DNA of 63,806 nt, counting the filler, from Reclinomonas americana ATCC 50394 (Eukaryota), in assembly GCA_048213135.1 (NCBI GenBank). It is 6 parts of 5 records of this genome, joined end to end, with 100 filler letters (N's around TTAATTAATTAA, not from the genome) between each part and the next. Parts side by side here need not be neighbours in the genome. Positions count along the whole stretch, not along the records: positions 27,615 to 40,370 come from PS015602.1; positions 40,471 to 60,910 come from PS015603.1; 4 more parts are not named here. One strand, 5' to 3'. The position numbers were made by a program, and so were the translations under genes. Positions 39,044 through 50,299 of the stretch are shown in pieces. Below the pieces are notes generated by a model that saw only the letters and a program-made list of their open reading frames with translations, had not been told where the DNA came from and ran no database searches. The first letter of the stretch is position 1. Each line of letters opens with the position of its first letter.

Positions 39044-40247
39044 CCCTCGCCAGGCTACAGCCAGCACCTCACACAGCATACAGCAGTACTAGTATGAGAG
39101 CAATGTGGCTTCTTTGTGCGTGTGGGCTTTTGAAGACCGACATGGGACTCGTCGATGAGAAATCGACAGAATGGACACGCAGGCGGTACGGTGGTGACAC
39201 AAGGTGGCGCTCCACTGCACCGTGCATGTCCAGCGATCCTTCATTTCGACTGACCATCATTCTCTCTCAACGAGGACTGGAGCGCTGGGCTGCTTGGATG
39301 TGCAGTTGTGCACGTGCTGATGCCACAGCACAGCCGAGAAACATGGAGCACCGAGTCATCGAAACCTCACGCCTCCTTGGGTCGGCCCACAGCGAGGTTG
39401 ATGAGGGCACGATGATGGCACAAGGAACAGGAGAGGAGAGACCAGCACAGCAGCACACCAATGGACGAGGCAGCTGTGTTGTGAGACTCGCCTCCCTCTC
39501 ACCCAAGTCACAATCAACGTCTCGTGCCTTCAATCACACTCACATTCGGTCGGTGAATCGTCTCATGCATGAACTGTGAGGCACAGAACCACGTGTCTTC
39601 GCATGCCAGTGACGAGTCACTTGCCAGCACGCCTGTCACACAGAATTGAGTCAGTTAATCTCAAGTCTCGCCGACTTGCTCCTCAACGCACGTGTAGAAC
39701 ACACACGCACCGTATGTTGCTGGCCTCGCACGTGTCTGCAGTCTCCTGTGGCCACCACCATCATTACTTGGCGGCGACAGCAGCAACCAAGAAGTGCACA
39801 TCATCGATCCGCGCAGACCTGCCAGCCGGATTGAAAACGATCCACCGACCAGGCCATCCATCGCACATCACGGCACACATGTGTACACCCACCCAGCCAC
39901 ACACCTCATGGCGTGCACGGCCTGTACGAACGAATTGAGTGGGAGAGAAAGAGGAAAGAAAGATCACGCCGAACAGGGTCACACACCTGCTTCGTGCATT
40001 GGTGGGATTCAGCTGTGGAGCCGAGTGAGTGAGGTGACAGCCGGCAGCGGGCGATGCACAGCACGCCTGCAATCATTACGGAACAACGAGGGGGACCTGC
40101 CCCTAAGGTGCCTGCATGTCGGTACACTGTGAGCAAAAGAAATGAGGAAGGAGAGAGAAATCTGCTCTGTCTCATCTGATACCAACTCGTGTTTGGACAG
40201 AGGCAAGCCGAGGGATGCTTCTATACACAGAAACCATCTCGGCAAGG

Positions 40248-40358
<111 letters not shown>

Positions 40359-40995
40359 GAGACGTAGACGNNNNNNNNNNNNNNNNNNNNNNNNNNNNNN
40401 NNNNNNNNNNNNNNTTAATTAATTAANNNNNNNNNNNNNNNNNNNNNNNNNNNNNNNNNNNNNNNNNNNNGTTGCTACGTATGCCGAGTTTTTCTTTCTT
40501 TGTCCTGAGAGCAAAAAGACAGACGGACGGAGTAAAAAATTAAATTACCCGGACAAGGGCACAACGCGCCTCGTGGCAATCGGCATCAAGCAGCTGGCGG
40601 TGACTGACTTGCAGTGCGTGTTTTGCATCGACACTCTCGACGCGCGATCGACTCGTACGCGTCGACGTCGCGATCGACTGCACTGCAGCTCGAGAACTGC
40701 GTGGCATGAGAGAGACGAACAGTGAGCCGACTGTATGAGTGCCGCGATGCTGGAGTTCCACCGATCGGAGACGTGTTGGCAGTGGTCAACGTCGATCGCG
40801 ACCACATCTACATCGATATCGATATCGGAATTCGCGAATGCGTCATTGCTGCACTGACACCAGCGCAGCGCTGCACTCACTGACCAGTCTCTTCCCGTAT
40901 GCATCGTGCACCACTGGCAGCGATTGGCAGCGCGAGGGGGACACAGCGGGTATCGTGTCGTGGACATGCCAGCGCGTTTCAATCTGGAGATCTAG

Positions 40996-42211
40996 ATGCG
41001 CCACGAGCTGACACGTGTGTCGCTGTTGGTGGCATGCTTGGTCATCGCTGCATACGCGTGCCTTGGAGTGCATGGCGAGGGCTTGAACAGCGCATTAGAA
41101 AGGCACGTGTCGTGCATTGTGTGTTTGCGTGTGAGTATCGCAGCCTCACGACGCGTTGTGCAGAGTGTTTCGCGGACACGATCGATGGGTGCTGGGGGTG
41201 GCAATGACACCCGACGGCCAGCACGTTGTCACTGCCGACAGGGAGGGGAGAGTGATTGTGTGGTCGACTGCGACTGGTGAGCAAGTCTGGCAACTAGTCG
41301 ATGACCCTGATGCTCTCTGGCCAGTGCACTCGGTGAGCGTTTCCCCTGACGGCCGGCACATTCTGACTGGGTGTGCCGACGGAACGGTGCGAATGTGGTC
41401 CATGGCAAGCGGCGAAATCGTGTGGCGACACAAATTGGCGGAGCGCACGAGCACTGTGCATTCCGTGGTCACGTCGTCCGACGGCAGGCACGTTGTGGCC
41501 GGCGTTGACGACGGCTCCATACGGGTGTTGTCTGCATTGAACGGCAAGGAGGTGCGCATGGTGGAGGCACACGCTGGAATCGTGTACTCAGTGGCAGTGA
41601 CTCCCGACGGCCAACGCATTGTGAGTGGTGGTCGAGATGGAATAATTCGGGTGTGGTCGCTGGCGAGTGGTGAGGAGCAATGGCAGCTTCAGGGTCACAA
41701 ATCATCGGTGCTCTCCGTGGCAGTGACTCGCGACGGTCGGTTCATTGTGAGTGGCGGCCGCGACATGACGGTTCGGGTGTGGTCGATGGCCAGTGGTGAG
41801 GTAGTGCGCCGATTCGTGGGGCACACGAACGAGGTGAGATCAGTGGCGGTGACCCCTGACAGCCGATACATTGTGAGCGGCAGCTCGGACTCGACCGTGC
41901 GAGTATGGTCGTTGTCCACTGGGTATATGGTGGGGTGGCTGGGAGGACACGAGGGTACGGTGATGTGTGTCGCTGTCGCGCCGGATGGTCGGCGGGTTGT
42001 GAGCGGCGGTGGCGATAATGCGGTGCGCATGTGGCGGATGTCGTCCGTGGTGCCTCCGGGCAGCGGTGGCAATCCTGCAGACCTGCAATCTTCGGGTCTC
42101 AACTCCCCAGTGCTGTGGAGTGTGGCGGAGTATTTGTGCACGGCCATGCTTCTTACGGTCACCTCTCTGCTGCTCATCGTCGTTCTCGCGCACTACACGC
42201 GAGTTCAGTGA
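40996..42211 (+). CDS. WD40 protein (7 repeats) with putative signal peptide and C-terminal transmembrane helix; exons 40996-41102, 41164-42211
   Basis: Exon 1 is MRHELTRVSLLVACLVIAAYACLGVHG-EGLNSALER. A GC-AG intron (41103-41163) joins it in phase to VFRGHDRWVLGV. The protein ends ...YLCTAMLLTVTSLLLIVVLAHYTRVQ*. Confidence 0.8.
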
Positions 42212-42553
42212 ATGGGTTGGTTGGCCATGGGATGGTTGTCGAAACCACAATGGCTCTGTTACGGGGCTGGAGACTTGGCAAAGAGGAAGGTTGTTTTTCT
42301 GAATTGCTGTGCACTTGCTGCAACCAGTTGTCTTTGTAATGGAGCAACAGATCCAGAGAAAGAGGAGAACGAATGCGTCGTGTCACCAGTGAAGTGCTGC
42401 ATGCTGGCGACTTTGTTTCGAGTTTCTTGTGTTGCTAAGTGTACTATAAGCAAGGCCCTTGTTACATCCCTCAGTGATGTGCCTCGAGCACGTCTGTGTG
42501 CCCTGCTGTCCGCCTTCGTCCGTGATTGTCAGTCTTCTCTGTGTGGAGCGTCC

Positions 42554-44309
42554 ATGTCCGCCGATCCTCTCCTCACCCTCGGCGATGAGGTGATTGTGGT
42601 GGGCGACCCGTCACACGAGGAGCGCTTCGTGTTCCGTGTGGTGCAGTCGGCGCAGCGACCGCCAGCGCAGAATGCAAGGGCGCCCGTGTGCCTCGAACAC
42701 GTGGTGGAGAAGTATCGCGTGACTGCGCAGGACTACGAGTGCCCCGTGTGCAGAGTGAGTGAGCGGAAGTAATTAGGAGAGAGAGTGTGTGTGTGCTGAC
42801 AGTGGGATGCGCAGGAGCTGTGTAATCCGGATTTTGTGTTGTGTTCCAATGAGGTTCACCACTTGTGTCGGTGAGTGAGTGAGTGTGAGAGAGAGAGAAA
42901 GCAGGTGTGAGAGGCAGGCAAGCAGACACACACGCACACACATGCCAAGGAGAGAGAGTCAAATCGCTGCAATTCTTCCGATGTTCATGATTGTGTTTGT
43001 CTCTTCAGTGAGCACCTCAGCGAGGCACCACAAGGCACCAACTGGTGTGGATGCGGGGTGACGTCGACGGCGAATGCAGTGGAGCCTCTGCGGCGCATGA
43101 AACTCACGTTTGAGAATATGGAGGTGATTTTGCAGTGCACTGCTGAGACTCTTATCCTCCGCTTGGGCTCATGTGGACTGTTGCAGATCTTGTGCCCGAC
43201 GTGCCAGCAACGAATGGTTTCGTGTTGGTGCATTGTGCATCTGCCCACTCGATCTTCTCACTCTACACCAGACCATTGGCGACTACGATCGCACACACGC
43301 ACTGGCGGCGTGTCGGTACGCGTGCGTCACGTGTGGGGCGACCATGCCACTCAACCACACCGAGGTACATGCGTGGAGTGAATGCCTGCATGCGTGCCCA
43401 CACGGATGTGGTGCGCGTTTGCCGCTGAGCGAGATGGTGGAGCACAGTCGCCGTGTGTGCGTGCGACCGTGTCCGCGGTGTGGTGTCGGCTGTGTGCTGC
43501 CGAACATGCGACACCATCTGGGTGAGTTCCGCCGACTGGAAAGGGAAATATTGTCGTTTGTCAACTCACTCAGTTGCTAGAGAGCGCATGTGCGATAATG
43601 ACCGCGACGTGCCGGGCGGCAGATCTCGGCTGCCAGACGCGTGGATCGAGGCGTGAGGTGGAGGCGCATGAGCAAGTGTGCGAACTGGTGCGAGCAGAGA
43701 GACCGCTGCGAGAGGTGTGCAATCTGCAAGATGCCTTCCTTTGCGACCATCACTGACAGGAGCACCGAACAGATGCACGCACATGTGAGAGACTTGGAGG
43801 GTGAAGTGCGTTTGTTGCGAGAACGACTGGAAGCAGAAACTCACGAAAAGGGACAACTGATGCGGCGACAGGCGGAGATGGAGAGGGAGCTGCAGGAGCG
43901 GAACCGTCGACTGGAGGAGCAACAGCAGCGGCTCGAGGAGCAGCGAGCTGCGGCGGAGAGGCAGCGTGAGGAGCTTGCTGGTCGACTGGCTGCTGAAACG
44001 CGCGAGAAGGAAAAGGCACAGCAGAATCTGGAAGAAACGGAGCAGCAGCTTCAGTACCTGCAGCAACTGCTGGAGGAGCAATTTGCGATGGCAGAGCATG
44101 CTCAGCCTGCACCACAGCCTCCACCACGGCCCGCACTACCGCCCCCAGTAAATATGCCACCCGCAGCTCCGGCGCCTCCGCCGGTGAATACTGATCGTCT
44201 CGCTGGCAGCGGTCAGGCTGCACGTGGTCTGCTGAACTTGATATACCATCTTCCTCCTGTTCCCCTATTCGCTGACAGGAGGTGGTTTGTGCGCAGGAAA
44301 CGTGGGTAA
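42554..44309 (+). CDS. RING plus TRAF-type zinc finger plus coiled-coil protein (TRAF-like E3, no visible MATH domain)
   Basis: YECPVCR at the end of exon 1, then CPTCQQRM, CVTCGATMPLNHTEVHAWSEC, CPHGCGARLPLSEMVEHSRRVC and CRAADLGCQTRGSRREVEAHEQVC. These are followed by an E/Q/R coiled coil and a Pro-rich tail. The 3' end is approximate. Confidence 0.78.
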
Positions 44310-45063
44310 TGCGGGATCGGCAGCAACCGACCCAAAACTGAGTCAGTTGATGAACAGAACTGTGCGATGGGACGGCATTTCTGTTGGCATGCTACTTCCT
44401 CCGAGCAAAGACATTAACGAAATGCTCGCTTCGGCACCGGTGATGGTGCGTTGACGGGCTATATTTTATGATTCTTGTGAACTGCAGTGTGGCTGACTTA
44501 CTTTGGTGCTCTCAGGCAATCGGGAATCGAGATATTCCCATGTACCGCGCTTGCCCTCACTGCTCGATCATTCACGGTGCGCTGCTGCTGTGCCCTCGAT
44601 CACAGTTCGGTTGTGTCCTTACTGTTCTCTTTCTGACGTACTGTTGTCATGAGCAGACTTGCGTGACCAGCCCAATCCTCCATTCTGTGACTGTGTGTGC
44701 GACCACACATTCTGCTTTGCGTGCCTGGAGATGGACATTGGTATAACACAGACTGGCTTTTGGCACGCGCGTCGTGGCAAGTGCCGCGTTGCAGACCGGC
44801 AGCGTGTGTGATGGTCGTTTGCGTTGCGGTTGACGATCACAAGCAGCTTCTCGTTTCCACCGGTGCTTCTTGTGTTGCAGTTGGTGAGGAATGTATTCAC
44901 AATGCCAATAGCACCACATCCGCGTATAGGCGGTTGCAGTATGCAGCCCAAGCATTCGCGGTCGGTCAGTGCGGCCGCCGGTCATGCGCAACGTAAATTA
45001 ACAATTTGTTGATGAATTCAGGTACTTATTTACGTATACCCTCCTCTCCTCTCCCTTCCTCTC

Positions 45064-45798
45064 TCACCTCCTCCTAATCCCCGGCAAGTCGACATTGCTG
45101 TACAGGCAATAGTTGCGCCACTTGTTCGGCTTGACCGTGGCGTACTCCAGCACGAAATTGGTCGGTCGCAGCTGGAAGGGTGCAAAGTAGCGCAGCAGTT
45201 CCTGCTCCTCGCGCTTGAGGAAGCCGATGAGGATCTTGGTGGTGTAATCGTAGTCGACAATGACGCTGACGGCCTCGAAGAGCTGCGCCATGGGGATGTA
45301 GAAGAAGGGCGGGTCGAAGACCACGACGCGGAAGCGGTCGCCGGTCGCCGCCGGCCGCGTCAAGTCAAAGTAGCGGTACCGCGGCAAGTAATCGAAGCGC
45401 CGATCAATGTCGTAGAGAGCCTCTTCGCGGCCCTGCAGGTGCCAGGCGTGTGCCAGACTCGGCGTGGACAGGCAGCAGCAATCGAGCGAGACGACGTCAA
45501 CGTCTTCGTCGCTGGCCGCAGCTTCTTCTTCTTCTGCTGCTGCTCCCTCTGCTGCCGCTGTAGTGGTGGTGGTGGTGGTGGTTGTGGTGTCGAGTTCACA
45601 TGTGTCGTCGTCGTCGTCGTCGTCGTCGTGCTGTGCGTGGAGGGACTCGACGGCGTGCATGAGGCGCACGACAGTGTTCTCGGTCCAAAAGTACTGCTCC
45701 AAGTCGTGGCGCTCGACAAAGCCCTGCGCGAACATGGAACGGCTGCTGCTGCCGCTGGCGGTGGCCATGTTGGTGGTACGGGTAGCGGTGGCGGCCAT
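45064..45798 (-). CDS. EEF1AKMT1/Efm5 (N6AMT2)-like methyltransferase
   Basis: Intronless ORF with LEQYFW, CLSTPSL, YDIDRRF and VVVFDPPFF motifs of this family. It carries a poly-D/T/A/E insertion. Confidence 0.75.
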   Translation of the reverse strand: MAATATRTTNMATASGSSSRSMFAQGFVERHDLEQYFWTENTVVRLMHAVESLHAQHDDDDDDDDTCELDTTTTTTTTTTAAAEGAAAEEEEAAASDEDVDVVSLDCCCLSTPSLAHAWHLQGREEALYDIDRRFDYLPRYRYFDLTRPAATGDRFRVVVFDPPFFYIPMAQLFEAVSVIVDYDYTTKILIGFLKREEQELLRYFAPFQLRPTNFVLEYATVKPNKWRNYCLYSNVDLPGIRRR

Positions 45799-46437
45799 AC
45801 TTTCTTTTCTCTCTCAAGTACACTCGAAAACAAACAGAAAAAAACACGAACACGACAAGGGCTAAATATGGCGTCTCCGTCCCCGCTCGTCCATGCGGCC
45901 TATTTCTGGACCTGGCACAAGTGCTGCTTGTGGCTCGATGGTGGCGGAGGCGCCAGACAGCTTATCGGCGGCGTCTCTTCAGCTGGTCATGAGATCGATA
46001 GGCAAATCCGACAAAAGATTGAACTCATGATCAATCTCGCAGCGATGCCTCTCGCTTTGCAACTCTCTGCCATCGCCCTTGAGTCGCGTCTCCTTCCTTC
46101 CACAGTGCACCACGCCATGCATCCGTCGCTGGTGCTTGCGTTCGTGCAACGGAAGAAGTTGTCGTCGGACTTGTCGGACTTCTGGTGTTCTTCCGAGTTC
46201 AGTTCTTTATTCATTTCTCTCTCTTGTCGCGCANNNNNNNNNNNNNNNNNNNNNNNNNNNNNNNNNNNNNNNNNNNNNNNNNNNNNNNNNNNNNNNNNNN
46301 NNNNNNNNNNNNNNNNNNNNNNNNNNNNNNNNNNNNNNNNNNNNNNNNNNNNNNNNNNNNNNNNNNNNNNNNNNNNNNNNNNNNNNNNNNNNNNNNNNNN
46401 NNNNNNNNNNNNNNNNNNNNNNNNNNNNNNNNNNNNN

Positions 46438-47167
46438 CCCGCAGTTCGGCCACACGGCGAAAGCCGAGTCGCTCGTACACGGCGAGTCCGTCGGGCGACG
46501 CCTGCAGCGTGGCCGTTCGCAACTGACGTCGCTTGCCGTCGGCGAGCATCGCGCGCAGCAGGCGTGTGGCGAGGCCGCGGCGTCGGTGGGTGGCCTCGGT
46601 GGCCACACAACAGACGCCCAGATCGTCGCCTACGGTCACACCCACCGCCACGCACACGAACGGTGCGCCCTCGCGATCGTCGTCGCGCAGACCAAAAGTC
46701 TGCAAGCGGATGTGTTCGTCGTCGCGCAGCGCGCAAGCCAGCTTGGTGAACACGCCAATGAGCTCGCCGTACGCTCGCTCGTTGATGTCGGCCATCACCT
46801 CCAGTGGCACGTTGGTCTCCACTGCGGCATCCACCTCCGCCTCGTCGACATCCACCACCTCCGACAAGGCGACGCCGAGACAAGGCAACACGCCAAGATC
46901 CGCCGCATGCACTCGTCCCGGCACGCTGTCGGCCACGGTCCACACGCAGCCCGGCAGCTTCTCATCGTCGTGCTCGGGGGGTGTGGCACCGAGTGGCACC
47001 ACCACCGCGTCGAAGAAGGGATTCACCACCGCAATGTCGATGCGCGCCCCGAGGGCATTGCTGCGACGCACCTCTACTTCCGGACTCACACCCCAGCGGC
47101 CCAGTGCGGCGGTCCACTCGCCGAAGCTGAGAAGCGAGCGGCGAGCCAACTCGGTGTCGTCGAGCAT
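46438..47167 (-). CDS. GNAT-family N-acetyltransferase (3' end in gap)
   Basis: Acetyl-CoA motif A VATEATHRRRGLATRLL and motif B TATLQASPDGLAVYERLGF. Confidence 0.85.
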
Positions 47168-47840
47168 GCCAGNNNNNNNNNNNNNNNNNNNNCGTTCATG
47201 CGCCAAAAGGTGGACGAGTGACAACTGCGGAAGCAAGGGTGAGAGCGCGCTGGCGAGGAAGCGGCGCCGGCTTTGTCGTCGTTCATGATTGCAGTGTGAC
47301 CGGCGTGATTCAACAACAACGGCAGCAGCGCGCGCGCGGGGAGTCACAGCACAGCAGTAAACTGGCGTGTCAGCGTTTGGGTCGTTTCTCCACCGCGCCT
47401 GCGCGCTCTCGGAACGCTGCGGTGCTGAAGGATGCCACGAATATCGCACAGTGGCAGCTTAGATCAACCTGCTTCAACGATGCAACGGAAACGCCATCGT
47501 TACTGTTCTGCGATATCGATGTCTCCGTCCCTGGTGCTCACTCAAGAGGGCGATCATCATGCAGCTGCGTTGCTGGTTGGATTCGCAAAGTTGCAACTTG
47601 CAAGGGTCAAGAGGATCCTTGTATGTTGCGCTCCTGCGACCGCGGCGGACACGTTTCGATTACAAAGTACACAGCAATCGCGACACGCACCGCAAACACA
47701 CCAACGCCAACCTCCTCCCCAACGCCACCACTCAACGCCTACGCACTCACGTGAAGTCGACTTGGGAGACAAGAAAGAAAGGCGCGAGCGGAAAATTACA
47801 CTCTTTCACTTGTTTGCTTCTCTCTCTGTGTGTGTTCCGC

Positions 47841-48217
47841 ATGGGCAGTGTGGCCTCCAGCGGCGGCAGCTCCAGCGGAGGAGGAGGCGGAGTCGGCACA
47901 GGCAGTGCCAGCAGCGCAGCCACGACCACCACACTCTCCACCACTCGCCGCTCGCACACTCGCCTCGTCAACCCTCTGCCTGTCTCCTCTCTCGCGCCTC
48001 CTCCTCCTCCACTCACCGACTCCAGTGATGACGAGGAGGAGACTGAGTGGGGCGAGTGTGAGGAGACGAGCAGTGACGGAGGTGGAGTGATGGTGAAGAG
48101 AGTGGAGGAGAGTGAGAGTGGAAGTGGAGGAGGAGGTGTGCCGAGAGTGGTGGCGTTGCCTGTGTCGTCGCGACCGCGATCGTTGTCGAATGGGTCGCCC
48201 ATAAGTGTGGCATCGCG
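47841..48217 (+). CDS. First exon of a low-complexity protein, possibly the N-terminus of the WDR41-like gene
   Basis: MGSVASSGG..., Ser/Gly/Pro/acidic-rich, ending at CG|GTGAGT. The phase does not match the 50300 exon directly, so other exons may lie in gaps. Confidence 0.5.
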
Positions 48218-48260
48218 GTGAGTGTGAAAGAGGAGAGAGAGAGAGAGGAGAGAGAGAGAG

Positions 48261-48297
<37 letters not shown>

Positions 48298-48323
48298 GGA
48301 GGGGAGGGGAGGAGAGAGAGGAG

Positions 48324-48388
<65 letters not shown>

Positions 48389-48751
48389 NNNNNNNNNNNN
48401 NNNNNNNNNNNNNNNNNNNNNNNNNNNNNNNNNNNNNNNNNNNNNNNNNNNNNNNNNNNNNNNNNNNNNNNNNNNNNNNNNNNNNNNNNNNNNNNNNNNN
48501 NNNNNNNNNNNNNNNNNNNNNNNNNNNNNNNNNNNNNNNNNNNNNNNNNNNNNNNNNNNNNNNNNNNNNNNNNNNNNNNNNNNNNNNNNNNNNNNNNNNN
48601 NNNNNNNNNNNNNNNNNNNNNNNNNNNNNNNNNNNNNNNNNNNNNNNNNNNNNNNNNNNNNNNNNNNNNNNNNNNNNNNNNNNNNNNNNNNNNNNNNNNN
48701 NNNNNNNNNNNNNNNNNNNNNNNNNNNNNNNNNNNNNNNNNNNNNNNNNNN

Positions 48752-48802
<51 letters not shown>

Positions 48803-49149
48803 CGGAGAAAGTGTGTGAGAGATGAGGAAAGCGTGCAAAGAGTGTGTGTTTGTGTGTGTAATGAGAGAGTAGTGTGTGTGTGTTATGGGAGAGAGAGCAG
48901 AGTGTGTGAGTGTGAGTGTGTGTGAGTGTTAGCGCACAAAACATTGTCTGTTTATTGACTGTGCTTGTTCTCTCACTCACTCTTGCGCATTGTGCTCGCA
49001 CACAGGCGCGCTCACTCTCTGTCTCTCTGTCTCGCTTTCTCTGTGTGTGTATGAGAGACTTGTGCAATCGAACACTGCTTGTTGGTGATGGAGCACGCGT
49101 GTTTGAGTATGAGTATGTGTGTGTGTGTGAGAGAGAGTATTGGTCACTC

Positions 49150-49900
49150 AGGCGCTGTCTTCCTTGCATGTCTGTTGCTCTTTCGCGGCATTTTGTCGGG
49201 TGTGTTTACTGCCTCCTTGCATATCGCTCTTGGTTTCGCGACTTGCTGTCACATTGTCTCTATCCTCTCGTCTTCACTTGCATGTCTCTTTTCCCTCTTA
49301 TCAGTGTTGTGTACTTTACGATCGAAGCCTCCCGTTGCCTCTTCCCTCTCGGTGTCGCTTGCACTCAACGCGGAGCATTCCGGCTTACTGTTTCTCTCCT
49401 TCACACTGCGTCTTTCCTCTCGTCTTCACTTGCATGGCTTTCCCTCTTATCAGTGTTGTGCATTCACTCGCCTGGCGCTCTTCCTTTACGATGAACGCCT
49501 CCCGTTGCCTCTCGGTGTCTCTTGCACTCGACGCCGAGCATTTTGGCTTACTGTTTCTCTCCTTCACACTGCGTCTTTCCTCTCTTGCCATCCATGTTCT
49601 CCTTCCTTTGCTTTGCCTTCACCTTCCTTGCATCCATTCTCATCAAAGCCTCCCTTTGCCTCTTTGCTCGCCGTCTCTCTTGCATATCGCTCATTGGTTT
49701 CGCGACTTGTCTCCTCTTACTCCCTCCCTCTCGCCTTCTCTTCCATGTTGCGTTCTTTCTATCGCTTCCACCGAGCGCTCTTCCTCGTGTTTCCTTTCCG
49801 ATCGCATCCTTCCGTTGCCTCTTCCCTCTCGTCTTTTGCAGTCAACGCGGAGCATTCCGACTCAATGCTTCTTTCTCGTTCACCTTGCCTCTTTTTCCTT
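49150..49900 (+). repeat. Pyrimidine-rich degenerate repeats (intronic or intergenic)
   Basis: cttactgtttctctccttcacactgcgtctttcctctc and gcctcccgttgcctct recur. Confidence 0.7.
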
Positions 49901-50210
49901 TTGGTTTCTCTTGCTCTCCCGAGTCAATTCCTGCCTCATCACGAGTTCTGCCTTCATCACCGCGGAGCATTCTTCCTCCATCGCCGCTCCCTATTGCCAC
50001 GTTTTCCCCTCTCGTCCTTCCATGTTGGTTGCCTCCTCTCACTCCTCTCTCTCTCTCTCTCTCCCTCCCTCCCCACACACGCACGCTCTCTCTCTCCTCC
50101 TCCTCCTCCTCCTCCTCCTCCTCCTCCTCCTCCNNNNNNNNNNNNNNNNNNNNNNNNNNNNNNNNNNNNNNNNNNNNNNNNNNNNNNNNNNNNNCGTCGT
50201 CGTCGTCGTC

Positions 50211-50281
<71 letters not shown>

Positions 50282-50299
50282 GCTCACTCCCTCACTCAG

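Noticed and set aside
40545..40982. Possible small minus-strand gene upstream of the membrane WD40 gene
   Set aside because: No recognisable motif, and the exon structure cannot be supported.
44468..44996. Overlapping short ORFs between the TRAF-like and methyltransferase genes
   Set aside because: No domain, transposase motif or terminal repeats recognised.
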